Shown piece after piece: positions 51,926-62,168 of a DNA stretch of 64,000 nucleotides. The first letter of the stretch is position 1. Every line of letters begins with the position of its first letter. The notes beneath the pieces are model-generated. The model was not told the origin of the DNA, ran no database searches, and was given only the letters and a program-made list of their open reading frames with translations. Source of the DNA: Bacteroidota bacterium (GTDB lineage: Bacteria > Bacteroidota > Bacteroidia > Bacteroidales > Paludibacteraceae). The stretch lies in contig JAEWAN010000023.1 in NCBI GenBank assembly GCA_023391625.1, forward strand, positions 31,002 through 95,001, in the 5' to 3' direction. The position numbers and the translations under genes were made by a program.

Positions 51926-53095
51926 ATGAAAATGAAAAAGTTTTTTAATTTTATGGTAGCAGCAGCTGTAATGTCTGCAATGACACTGGTTTCATGTAAA
52001 CAGAACGAAGAGCCTGTAGATCCTGTAACAGAGGATGAATTGGTGGGAAGCATTACGACGAACAAAGTGCTTGATGCAAACATCACATATACAATTACAG
52101 GTCCGGTTATTGTAGAAGAAGGTGGTGTGCTGGATATTCCGGCCGGAACACGGATTGAAGCAAAGAAAGGCTTCAGCAGCTATATCCTGGTTTTGCAGGG
52201 AGGTAAAATTTACGCCCGTGGTACGGCAGACAAACCGGTAGTAATGACGGCAGACATTGCGGATGCCGGGCAAGGTTACTGGGGTGGATTGATTATTAAC
52301 GGTAAAGCTCCTATTTCTGGCGGAGCAGATGCTGTTGGGTCTACAGAAATTAACTCCGCTTATATCTACGGAGGAACTGACGTTGCGGATAACTCCGGTG
52401 AGTTGACTTACCTTATCCTGGAATGGACCGGAGCCCGTTCAAGTGCGGATGTTGAACACAACGGACTTACACTGAACGGTGTGGGTAATGGTACTAAGAT
52501 AGAAAATATCTATGTGCCTAATGGAGCTGACGACGGAATAGAATTTTTCGGAGGTTCTGTAAATGTGAAAAACCTGCTGGTTGTAAACTCTGATGATGAT
52601 ATGTTTGACTTTACACAGGGTTATACCGGAACGCTTGACAATGCTTATGGGGTATGGGACGAAGGTTTCAAAAGTAGTGAAGCCGATCCTCGTGGTATTG
52701 AAGCGGATGGTAACCTGGACGGTAATTCTCCGGATGAAGATAATCAGTCTGCTTTCACAGTAAGTAATGTAACATTCGATCTTCGTTTAGCTGCCAACAC
52801 AGAGGAAGGTTATTATATGCACGATGTGATAAAAATACGCCGTGGTGCGAAAGCTATTATTACAAACGCCCTTGTGAAAGGTGCAGGACAGGTGAAAGAC
52901 CTGATTGACCTGAAGGATGATAAGGGAAATGCTACAACCGATACTTCTATCAGCCTGACCAATGGCCTGACTGCTCCTGTATCAGGAAATGAAGTTACTG
53001 CTGCGGAAGGAGCAAGTTATCCGGATGTGAAAATAGAAGCCGGAAATACCGGAGCTGTTACCAGCGTATTTGCCTGGACCGGTTATAAGTTCTAA
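51926..53095 (+). CDS. Acidic beta-helix lipoprotein partner of the TBDR
   Basis: Lipobox LVSC; WGGL, DNSG, NGLTL.GVG.GT, DDGIEFFGG and DD.FD motifs. Confidence 0.75.
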   Translation: MKMKKFFNFMVAAAVMSAMTLVSCKQNEEPVDPVTEDELVGSITTNKVLDANITYTITGPVIVEEGGVLDIPAGTRIEAKKGFSSYILVLQGGKIYARGTADKPVVMTADIADAGQGYWGGLIINGKAPISGGADAVGSTEINSAYIYGGTDVADNSGELTYLILEWTGARSSADVEHNGLTLNGVGNGTKIENIYVPNGADDGIEFFGGSVNVKNLLVVNSDDDMFDFTQGYTGTLDNAYGVWDEGFKSSEADPRGIEADGNLDGNSPDEDNQSAFTVSNVTFDLRLAANTEEGYYMHDVIKIRRGAKAIITNALVKGAGQVKDLIDLKDDKGNATTDTSISLTNGLTAPVSGNEVTAAEGASYPDVKIEAGNTGAVTSVFAWTGYKF

Positions 53096-53211
53096 CGGAG
53101 CAAATGAGGTTTTTCTGAGAGCAATATGAACAAAAACCATCTTCCTGCTTGCGGGAAGGTTGGTTTTTGTGTTTTACTTTCCTAAAGAAATATGATTAAT
53201 TATACATAGCA

Positions 53212-53709
53212 ATGATGAAAAAAATATTTTATCCGTTTTTGTTGCTTTTTATCCTGATTTCGGGATGGTCTGGAGCACAGGATAAGCTGCAGAAAGGATT
53301 TCCTAAAATTTATTATAGTAACGGTTACTATTTTACAGATAAAGAACAGAATAATCTTTATACCGGCGATTACCGGGAATATTATGAAAACGGGACGTTA
53401 AAACTGGAAATCCAGATACAGAACGGACTGCCGGAAGGTACATACGTGGTTTATTTCGATAATCGGCGTCCTAAAGAAATCCGTTCTTATAAAGATGGCA
53501 AACTGCATGGTCTGTGGCGTACTTACGATGTGTCGGGGGTACTTCTTTCAGAAGCGGAATATCAGAATAACCAGAAACACGGAACATGGCGCATTTGGGA
53601 TGAGCTGGGAACGCTGCGTTATGAAATGAATTATGAGACAGGAAAGAAAGTGGGAATCTGGCGTATGTGGGACGAAAAAGGAAACCTGACGGAAGAAAAG
53701 GTATATTGA
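53212..53709 (+). CDS. MORN-variant repeat protein (YwqK-like)
   Basis: Repeated G.W..Y...G.L..E..Y..G motifs after a signal peptide. Confidence 0.8.
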   Translation: MMKKIFYPFLLLFILISGWSGAQDKLQKGFPKIYYSNGYYFTDKEQNNLYTGDYREYYENGTLKLEIQIQNGLPEGTYVVYFDNRRPKEIRSYKDGKLHGLWRTYDVSGVLLSEAEYQNNQKHGTWRIWDELGTLRYEMNYETGKKVGIWRMWDEKGNLTEEKVY

Positions 53710-53817
53710 AGTATCTTACTTCTTGATATTTAATTGTTTTATCACATAATCTTAACCATATCGTAACATGTATGACCGATCTTTGCGGAGTAAAATAAAA
53801 ACTCAAATTATTCTGTT

Positions 53818-54177
53818 ATGAAATTTATTGTAAGCTTTTTTATAGCGGCATTTATAAGCCTATCTGCTTTAGCGGGCAATGTTAACGATGTGAAATCAAA
53901 CCTAATCCAGGTGACTGTTGATGATAGCTGTGGCGGTTCTCAATTCATGATTTCCGGCAGTGTGACAGATAAAAATAACAATGAAACACTGGCTGGCGCT
54001 ACTATTGAGGTGGGTGGAAAGAAAGTGTATTCCGACCTGGATGGAAATTTTGCGCTTCCGGTATCTGAACAGGGTGTATATAACCTGAAGGTGGAGCTGA
54101 TTTCTTATGAAACTGCGGAATTGCAGATTGAAGTGAAAAATGATGGGGACTTCCCTCAAATTTTAGCTTTGAAGTAA
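53818..54177 (+). CDS. Carboxypeptidase-regulatory-like domain protein
   Basis: ISG.V.D....E.LAGA.I...YSDLDGNF motif. Confidence 0.8.
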   Translation: MKFIVSFFIAAFISLSALAGNVNDVKSNLIQVTVDDSCGGSQFMISGSVTDKNNNETLAGATIEVGGKKVYSDLDGNFALPVSEQGVYNLKVELISYETAELQIEVKNDGDFPQILALK

Positions 54178-54517
54178 AGAAATATAACATGGGGTTACAA
54201 GAAGGGTTGTCTGAATATTTTAGACAACCCTTCTTTGTTTTTGGAATTGATTGTAAGTATATGGTTCTGGAGTACAGAAATTCAGGGTCGTATTGAGAAT
54301 CATCTTTCTACCTAAAAAACGATGACGGGTATTTAATTGGCGGAGTGGATGGGGTAACATAGCCGGAAAAATAGTTCTTACCAGTTGAAAAAGTAGTTCC
54401 TCGCTCAATAACTTGTTTTTCTATATAGTTACATTTTATAAATGCTGGAGTTGGGGAGTGTGATGTTTTCCGTATATTTGATGAAATATTATTTATTTAC
54501 TTTAATATAAAACAACT

Positions 54518-54790
54518 ATGAAAGAATTTATCTGTCAAAGTTGCGGTATGCCTATGAAAGCCGCAGAGCATTTCGGTACGAATGCAGACCATACACCTAA
54601 TTATGATTATTGCAGTTATTGTTATAAAGACGGTGCTTTTACCAATGATATGACAATGGATGAAATGATTGAACTGAATCTCCAATATCTGGATGAATAC
54701 AATAAAGATGCGGAACAAAAAGTAACGAAAGAGGAAGCCCGTATCCAGATGGGGGAGTATTTCCCTACGTTGAAACGATGGCATAAATGA
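54518..54790 (+). CDS. Zinc-ribbon domain protein
   Basis: CQSCGMP...YCSYCY..G.F...LKRW. Confidence 0.85.
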   Translation: MKEFICQSCGMPMKAAEHFGTNADHTPNYDYCSYCYKDGAFTNDMTMDEMIELNLQYLDEYNKDAEQKVTKEEARIQMGEYFPTLKRWHK

Positions 54791-54794
54791 TGAT

Positions 54795-55202
54795 ATGAAA
54801 GTAAACGATTTGTCTGTCACATTTCATACGGAAAATATAAGGGAATGTGTTGATTTTTATGTGCAATATTTTAATGTACAAGTGGTTTTTGATGCCGGAT
54901 GGTATGTTACTATCCGGTTTCAAAATGAGTTAAAACCGGGTTTATTACTCTCATTTATCGACCCGGCTCATTCGGATAAGAGAATGTTTACAGGAGGAAT
55001 GTCCGTGAATTTAAGAGTAAAAGATGTGGACCGTGAATATGAGAGGTTTAAACAGGCCGGATTCTCATTTTTGGAAGATATTGAGGATCATGATTGGGGA
55101 GATAGGGGATTTAGCATTTCCGATCCGATAGGTAATTTGGTGTACATCTATTCTGAACGTGAAATTTCCGAAAAATACAAAGAGGCGGTAAGAGAGATAT
55201 AA
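54795..55202 (+). CDS. VOC family protein
   Basis: WGDR.F...DP.GN motif. Confidence 0.85.
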   Translation: MKVNDLSVTFHTENIRECVDFYVQYFNVQVVFDAGWYVTIRFQNELKPGLLLSFIDPAHSDKRMFTGGMSVNLRVKDVDREYERFKQAGFSFLEDIEDHDWGDRGFSISDPIGNLVYIYSEREISEKYKEAVREI

Positions 55203-55458
55203 GTATTTGTATTGTAGTTTTTTGATTCTAAGTTTTAGAAATTGTATTGTTTTTTAATAAACTGAAGTTAATATACTGGTGGCTTTTCGTAATATATTCC
55301 ATTTTTGTGTAAAAGTGATGAAATAAAAAATCAAGAAGTGTAAAAGTAAAATCTGTATAAATGACTTAATAGTATGGATCTGACCGTTGTCAATTTGTCA
55401 TATTAGTTTGTTTGGCATAAGAATTGTTAATGAGATTTTTAATTAATATCTATTAATA

Positions 55459-57066
55459 ATGGCTAAAAGTAGAAATTTCTCTCTTTTCTTATTAAAAACA
55501 GGCTTTACTGCTGAAAACTCCCTTAAAGAAAACCATAGAATGGAGTTGCTCGAAGAACTGAATACGAATATTCCTATAGGTGGATCTATGTATGTTGACA
55601 AAAATCCAATAAAAGAACCATGGTGGAAAGAGTATTGGGGGGTCAATAAAAATTTACATCAGTCTTCAACAGGGGCGATAGTCTTTTTCCCTGTAGATGG
55701 TCGATGGTTTGCATTGTCATTTGGTTCAAGTTATCATAATCTTAAAGATAATGCTTATGAATATGATTTTGGTCTTAAAACCACATTGAATGCTTTGGAT
55801 CCGGAGAAAATTAAATCAACTGATATATTGCAACCAGAAAGTGCAAGACGTCAAAGAATACAGATACCAATTGCGTCGAGTTTGACGTACTTTGACTTTA
55901 ATACTGACGAGTCTATTGTAAAACGTTTGACGGGTGCTGTAAAAAATGAGTTTAAAGATTTTTTTCGTAATGCGACTGGTTCATGTAATTTGCGGTTTTC
56001 TACTTCTTATGAGGCGCATGAGATTGTTGATTTATGTTCTCAATTATTGAAAATTTATAATAGAGAAGATTACGTGAATTCATTCCCTAATTTACATAAT
56101 ATATTTCCGGTAAAGGATCCTGATATAATAAATCGTCTTAATCAAAAATTATTTGATGAGTTTAACAGGGCTACAGTCAATCTTACTTTAGCAATTCCAG
56201 ATATAGTAGACTATTCTACAAATTTCAAGGTTAAATATCGTGGAAGTAGGTTTTGTTCAAGTGAATATGACGATATTCATATCGGAGAATATCGGGATTT
56301 TTTGATTTCTAATAAAATTGAAGTTGAGGATTGTTCCATTTTCCATAATCATAGTATAATTATTATTGATGAAAATGGAGACACTCTCAAATCTTTTTCT
56401 ATTTATAAATCTTTTTTGTTTGATTGCAGTGATGATGATAATAGGTATTACCATTTATGCGAAGGAGAGTGGTACGAGATTAATACTGATTTTATAGAAA
56501 AAATGCGGGAGGAGCTTAACAGACTATTTATAGACAAACACGATGTATTATGTGAGTGTAATCAGAAGAGGGAGGATAAATATAATTTGGATACTCATAA
56601 AGCAGCTGCACATAATGGGCTTTCTATTTGGTGTCTTGATAAGGAAAACATTGCTCCAGAAGGGCTTGGGCAACTTGAACCTTGTGATTTGATTATAGAA
56701 AGAGAGGACTGTGTCGAGATGATACATAATAAAATATCTACTCGTTCTTCTAGCTTGAGTCATTTATTTAATCAAGGAATTAATTCGGTTGTTTTATTAC
56801 AACAACAAGATGAATCTAAAAGGAAACTAAAAAAATTAATTGGGCCTAATGCTTCTGTGGAGTCTCTGATAGACGGAGATCATTATTCTGTGACTTATGG
56901 TATTATAACTAATAAGCCGAGTGAAATGAAATCAGATTGTTTGCCCATTTTTTCGCGAATTAGTCTTTTAAGATGTGCAAAGTCTTTTCTTTTAATGAAA
57001 ATTCGGTGCTCTGTGTTTATTATAAAAGATAATGTTGTGCGGAAAAAACAACATGAAGAGGAATAA
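55459..57066 (+). CDS. TIGR04141/DUF6119-like sporadically distributed protein
   Basis: FA.SFG, FGL...LN, EG.WY.I, E..YN, E.CDL, H.K and SS.LSHLF.QG motifs; AT-rich. Confidence 0.75.
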   Translation: MAKSRNFSLFLLKTGFTAENSLKENHRMELLEELNTNIPIGGSMYVDKNPIKEPWWKEYWGVNKNLHQSSTGAIVFFPVDGRWFALSFGSSYHNLKDNAYEYDFGLKTTLNALDPEKIKSTDILQPESARRQRIQIPIASSLTYFDFNTDESIVKRLTGAVKNEFKDFFRNATGSCNLRFSTSYEAHEIVDLCSQLLKIYNREDYVNSFPNLHNIFPVKDPDIINRLNQKLFDEFNRATVNLTLAIPDIVDYSTNFKVKYRGSRFCSSEYDDIHIGEYRDFLISNKIEVEDCSIFHNHSIIIIDENGDTLKSFSIYKSFLFDCSDDDNRYYHLCEGEWYEINTDFIEKMREELNRLFIDKHDVLCECNQKREDKYNLDTHKAAAHNGLSIWCLDKENIAPEGLGQLEPCDLIIEREDCVEMIHNKISTRSSSLSHLFNQGINSVVLLQQQDESKRKLKKLIGPNASVESLIDGDHYSVTYGIITNKPSEMKSDCLPIFSRISLLRCAKSFLLMKIRCSVFIIKDNVVRKKQHEEE

Positions 57067-57156
57067 TCAATGGTAAGATTATAAATAAGGGTGTCTATCT
57101 TTGTATAGATTGAAGTGGGTTGAAGGAAGTTCTTCACTCTGCTATTAATAAATAAT

Positions 57157-57402
57157 TTACGGTGTAATATTTGTATTTAAATATATATTCGGCTGATTCT
57201 TCAATAAATTTATCCATTCTATATACATTTTTTCGGGCATTCGCCTGTAGCCTAATTGATGTAATCGGATATAGGTCTGTTCCATGTCTATATACATATC
57301 TTCTATGTCTTTATTTATAAAAAGAGCCTCTGGTTTTTTTATATTTTGTTTTTTCATCAGTATATTGATGTAATGCTTTTGTGCCTCAGCTTTCGTAAGC
57401 AT
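57157..57402 (-). pseudogene. C-terminal fragment of a larger Bacteroidetes protein
   Basis: Frame extends upstream of the Met (LKYHPVNVNAMLTKAE); LGYR.MP..MY..W looks like a conserved C-terminus. Confidence 0.4.
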
Positions 57403-57509
57403 GGCATTAACATTAACAGGATGATATTTTAAAGTTGTATTTACTTTTTGATAATACTAGTCTTATTTTTATAATTTATTTTATATATAAGACTGTGAGA
57501 GAGGTATTT

Positions 57510-58037
57510 TTATTTTTTTTGAACAGCATCACCCAAAATGGTATAAATACTAAACTTGTTTACTATTTCTGTAATGGTTTTATTGACTTCTAACAAATAC
57601 AAGCCATTTAAATTAGTAGTAGAATACAAACTAAAATGAGATTTTTTTTCAATACCCATTAAGCAACTGTCTTTGGCTCCAATTTTTGTTTTTTCATTGT
57701 CGTAATTAGGATATATACATATTAGGTCTAATTGATATTTTTGTCCTATTTCTAGAGGCTTTAAGTCTGATATATTTATAGTATTATCTCTTGGGCTGAT
57801 AATTTTAAAGAGAGAATCATTTTTTTGAGCATAAATAATATCAAATAATTCATGGGTGTATGTTTCTTTAATTTTATACATTTTATTTTCCGATTTCTTT
57901 TTATCAAAAGAAAGGATATCTCTTGTTTGTGAGCAAGATAAGCAAGCAATTAAAAACAAGATTATCAGATATTGTATTTTCATTTCTATGGATATGTTTG
58001 AATTATTTTTGATTTGCCATTTTTTGTGACATACCAT
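57510..58037 (-). CDS. Putative immunity lipoprotein (start probably MKIQYL)
   Basis: Lipobox-like CLSC; directly follows the toxin-like ORF. Confidence 0.5.
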   Translation of the reverse strand: MVCHKKWQIKNNSNISIEMKIQYLIILFLIACLSCSQTRDILSFDKKKSENKMYKIKETYTHELFDIIYAQKNDSLFKIISPRDNTINISDLKPLEIGQKYQLDLICIYPNYDNEKTKIGAKDSCLMGIEKKSHFSLYSTTNLNGLYLLEVNKTITEIVNKFSIYTILGDAVQKK

Positions 58038-58471
58038 TCTGCTCTTACTGTATTTGGAGGATAGATTCCCCCTGGTAACATTTGTAACACGTTTCCTTTA
58101 TTATCATAGATGGTTTCGAATACGGCAGATTGTGGGGTAGCTCTATTATGAGCTTCTTCATACACGCTACCTTTTGTGGCTGAATTAGGGCTTGAAATCC
58201 CTGTCTTTTGAGATATTTTGGCTCCTTCATATGCTTCAGTTACTTCGTGCATCATCATTTTGCCCGGTGTTTTTGTATGTGCATCGGTGCTTCCTAATAC
58301 ATTTGGATTTACTTCTTGATAAGCAGATACAGTAACATTCCCATTTGTTTTTGAGGTAACCGTGTTACCCATGAATGCACCTCCTGTGAATAAATTCCCT
58401 GTAGATGTTACATTTTTATCTGTTGTTACAAGGTTTACAGTGATTGAGTTATTATCGATCATTCTTGCCAT
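57986..58471 (-). CDS. Orphan Rhs/polymorphic-toxin-like C-terminal tip
   Basis: No signal peptide; MMHEVTEAY metallopeptidase-like motif with later AH; in-frame stop just upstream. Confidence 0.5.
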   Translation of the reverse strand: MARMIDNNSITVNLVTTDKNVTSTGNLFTGGAFMGNTVTSKTNGNVTVSAYQEVNPNVLGSTDAHTKTPGKMMMHEVTEAYEGAKISQKTGISSPNSATKGSVYEEAHNRATPQSAVFETIYDNKGNVLQMLPGGIYPPNTVRAEWYVTKNGKSKIIQTYP

Positions 58472-59070
58472 TGTTTGTTATAATTCCTGCTTGTCACGTT
58501 TATACATATCCATCGGATTGTTGGAATTGTGTACGGAAAGAATTATGTTAGGAGGAGTATTCCTTTCTTGTGGGCTTGTATTGCTATGAATATATATAAT
58601 ATTAGAATAATATGTTTTCTGCTTTTATCCATAATAAAATTAAACTCAATTGATGTGTTTTAAAAGATTATAATTTTAATTAATATCCAAATATATGATT
58701 TTTTTAACATAAAACATATTTGTTTGAAAATTTTTATACATCAATATAATTATGTTAATCAAATACAGATTGTGTGAGTAAAAAATATATAGTGATATAA
58801 AGTTTTGTTAATATGAAAAACTTATCAGTTTGTTATTGGATACTGTGGTCTTCGCGAAAAAGCACAGTATAATTTTTTATCTGAATCTGCATAAAACAGA
58901 GTTAATAAATATATTTGGAAAGGAAATAAGGTATAATGTATATAAATTACTGAGCGACAGGAGAAAATATGCAAGATGTCCAAAAGTATAAAATGGATAG
59001 TAAAATCGCTACTCAAGACAAAGAACCCTTGTAAGTTTCTTATCTTACAAGGGGTTTCTACTTTCATTTG

Positions 59071-59143
59071 TGGTGCCACCAGGAATCGAACCGGGGACAC
59101 AAGGATTTTCAGTCCTTTGCTCTACCAACTGAGCTATGGCACC
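59071..59143 (-). tRNA. tRNA-Phe (GAA)
   Basis: Reverse complement GGTGCCATAGCTCAGTTGGTAGAGC...CTGAAAA...GGTTCGATTCCTGGTGGCACCA. Confidence 0.97.
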
Positions 59144-59469
59144 TTAGTTTAGCGGGTGCAAATATAGTGCTTTTTTTTGTTTTGCAAAATATATTTTGTG
59201 TTGTGTTTTCATTTTGTATAAAAATAAAATGATTGGATTTCGCTTTTCATTACTGTGGGAAAAAGTGTGATGTGTGTAAGTGATTGAAAATAAACTTCTA
59301 TCTGAAACGTTGTTTATGTTTTTAGTATTTTTCTTTTTTGCTCTTTGTAATTTTTTTATTGTTTAAAAAAGTTTTTATGTTGAGGTGTACAATTTTTACT
59401 GATTGAAACTAGGCCTGTAAAAATAGGTATACAATGAGAAAAGATGCTCGTTTTTTGTAACTTTGCATT

Positions 59470-60006
59470 ATGATAGAAATCAATCGCTTAAATGAATATA
59501 TTGAATCTTTGTCGGGAACTGATGATCTATCCGTTCCTCCCAAAACGATTTTACTGGAGGAGGGTAAGGTTGCCGATAGGTTATTCTTTATTCGCAAAGG
59601 TTGTTTGCGTTTGTTTTTTTATAACGAAGGAAAAGACATAACTTTTCAATTTTTCTTTGAAGGGGATTTTGTGGCCTCTTTTGACAGTTTATATAAGCGC
59701 AAACCAAGTCTTTTTTCCTTGGAGAGCATTGAGCAAACCGAGGTTTCTGCTATAAAAAGAGAGGAGTTTTATAATCTTATGGAGCAAATACCTTGGTTAA
59801 GACGGGAATATGAAGAGAAACTGATTGAGCGATTTCATGTTTATCAGCAACTGTTTCTTTCCCGTATAAAAAATGCGCCGCAACAGCGGTATGAAGAATT
59901 GCTAAAAGAATATCCAAATATAATACAGCGAGTACCACAACACTACATAGCTTCTTATCTCGGTATTACCCCTGTGTCTTTATCCAGAATCAGAAACAGA
60001 CGATAA
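59470..60006 (+). CDS. Crp/Fnr-family regulator
   Basis: cNMP-binding-like N-terminus; IASYLGITPVSLSRIR HTH. Confidence 0.9.
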   Translation: MIEINRLNEYIESLSGTDDLSVPPKTILLEEGKVADRLFFIRKGCLRLFFYNEGKDITFQFFFEGDFVASFDSLYKRKPSLFSLESIEQTEVSAIKREEFYNLMEQIPWLRREYEEKLIERFHVYQQLFLSRIKNAPQQRYEELLKEYPNIIQRVPQHYIASYLGITPVSLSRIRNRR

Positions 60007-60086
60007 TTCATTTCTTTACAATTGTTATCGTACCGTTACAATAAAACCCGTGACCTTTGTAACTTCAAAATCGATCAATTGAAAAA

Positions 60087-60518
60087 ATGAAACGGATTTT
60101 TATAATAGATTGGGCTTTGCTGCCTTCATTTATCTTGACTGTATATACCGGAATTGAGCTACATATTGCAGGACACGGGAGCAATCATGACGTATGGCAC
60201 AATTGGGCGATATTTCATGTCATTGTAAGTTTATTGTTTCTTATACTTATAGTATTTCACGTAATGACTCATTGGAATTGGTATAAAGGTATTGTCAGCA
60301 GGGGAATGGGAAAGAAAAGCAAAGTTACGTTATGTCTGTCTGTCCTGTTTGCGCTTGTCGTTATTACTGGATTTATATTGTTGGGTGTAGATGGAGCGAA
60401 TACTTGTGTTGGGTTATGGCATTATAAAGTAGGCATTTTGATGGGAATGTTTTCTATCGCTCACATTTTTAAACGTTTTTCAGTTTTATGCAAATCTTCA
60501 CTTCATGATCTTTTATAA
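60087..60518 (+). CDS. DUF4405-like (cytochrome b-like) membrane protein
   Basis: Four hydrophobic segments with paired His (WAIFH...H...HW.W; WH...H). Confidence 0.7.
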   Translation: MKRIFIIDWALLPSFILTVYTGIELHIAGHGSNHDVWHNWAIFHVIVSLLFLILIVFHVMTHWNWYKGIVSRGMGKKSKVTLCLSVLFALVVITGFILLGVDGANTCVGLWHYKVGILMGMFSIAHIFKRFSVLCKSSLHDLL

Positions 60519-60775
60519 ATAAGTAACCTGGCCAAAAATCTGGTCGGGTTACTTATTGGGTAGGTTTGAAATGTTATAACATCTTATTCAGTCATTTCGA
60601 TTCTTTTCTGTTAGGTCAATAATTGGGCTTCGTTTTGCTGACACTATTGTGAGGGATTACATAGATGTCCAAATACGGGAACTTTAGGATTAACTTACAG
60701 AATCTTTTGATGGTATCAGAGAAACGATTATTACTATGTGTGTATGTTATATTTCTTTTTTACTTTTTTATATTT

Positions 60776-61498
60776 TTATTCAAGAACTCCGATTCGACGT
60801 AGCCATCCTTCTGTGCCGTTAGCACTACCCGGCATATCAATACCAGCATCGTCGGCAGGTCCGGGAGTCGTGATGTCGTCCGGATTGAGGTCTTCTGGAA
60901 GTGTTTCCGGAATATGTTTTGAATTGGGTGTGACCTTGTAGATTTTTTGCATAGATTCATTTAGGTAAGTTGTGGCTCCGTAAGTAAAGAACGGGATAAT
61001 AACTTTATCTTTCAGGTCGTATGCTTCGAGGAATGTACAAACTACCATTGCGGGTTGATGCCACCAGCAAGGAGATCCGACGAAAACCGTATCGTATTTC
61101 GCGATCACTTCCTTGTCGAGTAAGTTTGCCACTCCGGGACGCAGGTCATTATAGGCTTCACGCTGAATACGGTCGCTATCCTCATAGGGATTTGCGGTAT
61201 ATGGGTCGGCTGCTTCTATTCTATGGATGTCCGCACCGGTGAGTTCTACAATTCGTTCGGCTACGGCTTTGGTGTGTCCCTCGGCTGAGAAATAAACTAC
61301 AAGTATATTGCTTTTACCGGACGGAACATCGGTATCATCAGGCTTGTTCGGATTATCCGAATCATTGGGATTTTTTTCATCACCCGGTTTTTGGGGAGTT
61401 GTCGGTTGTTCTACCTGTGAGGCAGGATCATCAGGAGAACAAGCAGCCATAGTTGTCAGAGAAAGGAGCAAGAGCGGAATAAAAAGTAGTTTTTTCAT
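60776..61498 (-). CDS. Flavodoxin-domain lipoprotein
   Basis: Lipobox AAC, P/D/N-rich linker, VYFSAEGHT and GSPCWW. Confidence 0.85.
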   Translation of the reverse strand: MKKLLFIPLLLLSLTTMAACSPDDPASQVEQPTTPQKPGDEKNPNDSDNPNKPDDTDVPSGKSNILVVYFSAEGHTKAVAERIVELTGADIHRIEAADPYTANPYEDSDRIQREAYNDLRPGVANLLDKEVIAKYDTVFVGSPCWWHQPAMVVCTFLEAYDLKDKVIIPFFTYGATTYLNESMQKIYKVTPNSKHIPETLPEDLNPDDITTPGPADDAGIDMPGSANGTEGWLRRIGVLE

Positions 61499-61597
61499 AT
61501 TTGATTTATTTTTTGATGTTTATTTATATCTTGTTTATAATGAATGCTGTACCTCAACAAAGTTTGGGTAAGTTCGGCTATGTATTCGGTATTCTGT

Positions 61598-62080
61598 TTA
61601 TTTGTTGTATTCTTCGTCCGTTACGGGTTCATACCACAGAGTAGTTCCGAGATGAACTTTTGTATTGATAGCTATATGCGTGAATTTGTTGTCGGGAGCT
61701 GCTCCATGCCAATGTACCACATCAGTTGGAATAGCGACTACATCGCCAGGATTCAAAACTTGTATGGGCTTCCCTTTTTCTTGATAGTAACCTTTTCCGG
61801 CAGTGGCGATCAGAATTTGGCCGCCCGGATGCGAGTGCCAACTGTTTCGGGCTTTCGGCTCGAATATCACGTCGGAAACTACTATATCGAATGTTTCACT
61901 GTCAGTCATTAACCGTTGGAGGTAGGCCGTACCGTTGAAATTAGTACTTTCAATGACATTTCCTTTGGGAAAGATGGACGCGGATGCGGCGGGTTGCGTT
62001 GTTTTAACATTGCTTACCGGTTTCGGAGTGCAGGAACCGAGTGTAGCAGCCAATAAAAATAAGCAAGTTTTCTTTTTCAT
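61598..62080 (-). CDS. Cupin-domain lipoprotein
   Basis: WHSHPGGQ.L...G.G and HWHGA motifs. Confidence 0.88.
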   Translation of the reverse strand: MKKKTCLFLLAATLGSCTPKPVSNVKTTQPAASASIFPKGNVIESTNFNGTAYLQRLMTDSETFDIVVSDVIFEPKARNSWHSHPGGQILIATAGKGYYQEKGKPIQVLNPGDVVAIPTDVVHWHGAAPDNKFTHIAINTKVHLGTTLWYEPVTDEEYNK

Positions 62081-62168
62081 ATCGAATCGTTATTTCAAAT
62101 TTCATTTGCAATAAACGCTACGCCTCGGCATAGTCCGAACAAGCTCGGCTCTGCACTCGGCTTGCAGT

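Noticed and set aside
55276..55283. ctggtggc as a possible att copy of the tRNA-Phe 3' end
   Set aside because: Only 8 bp and in inverted orientation; no direct repeat bounding this islet was found.
58825..59100. 91-aa ORF at tRNA-Phe
   Set aside because: Starts inside the tRNA and runs through its terminator.
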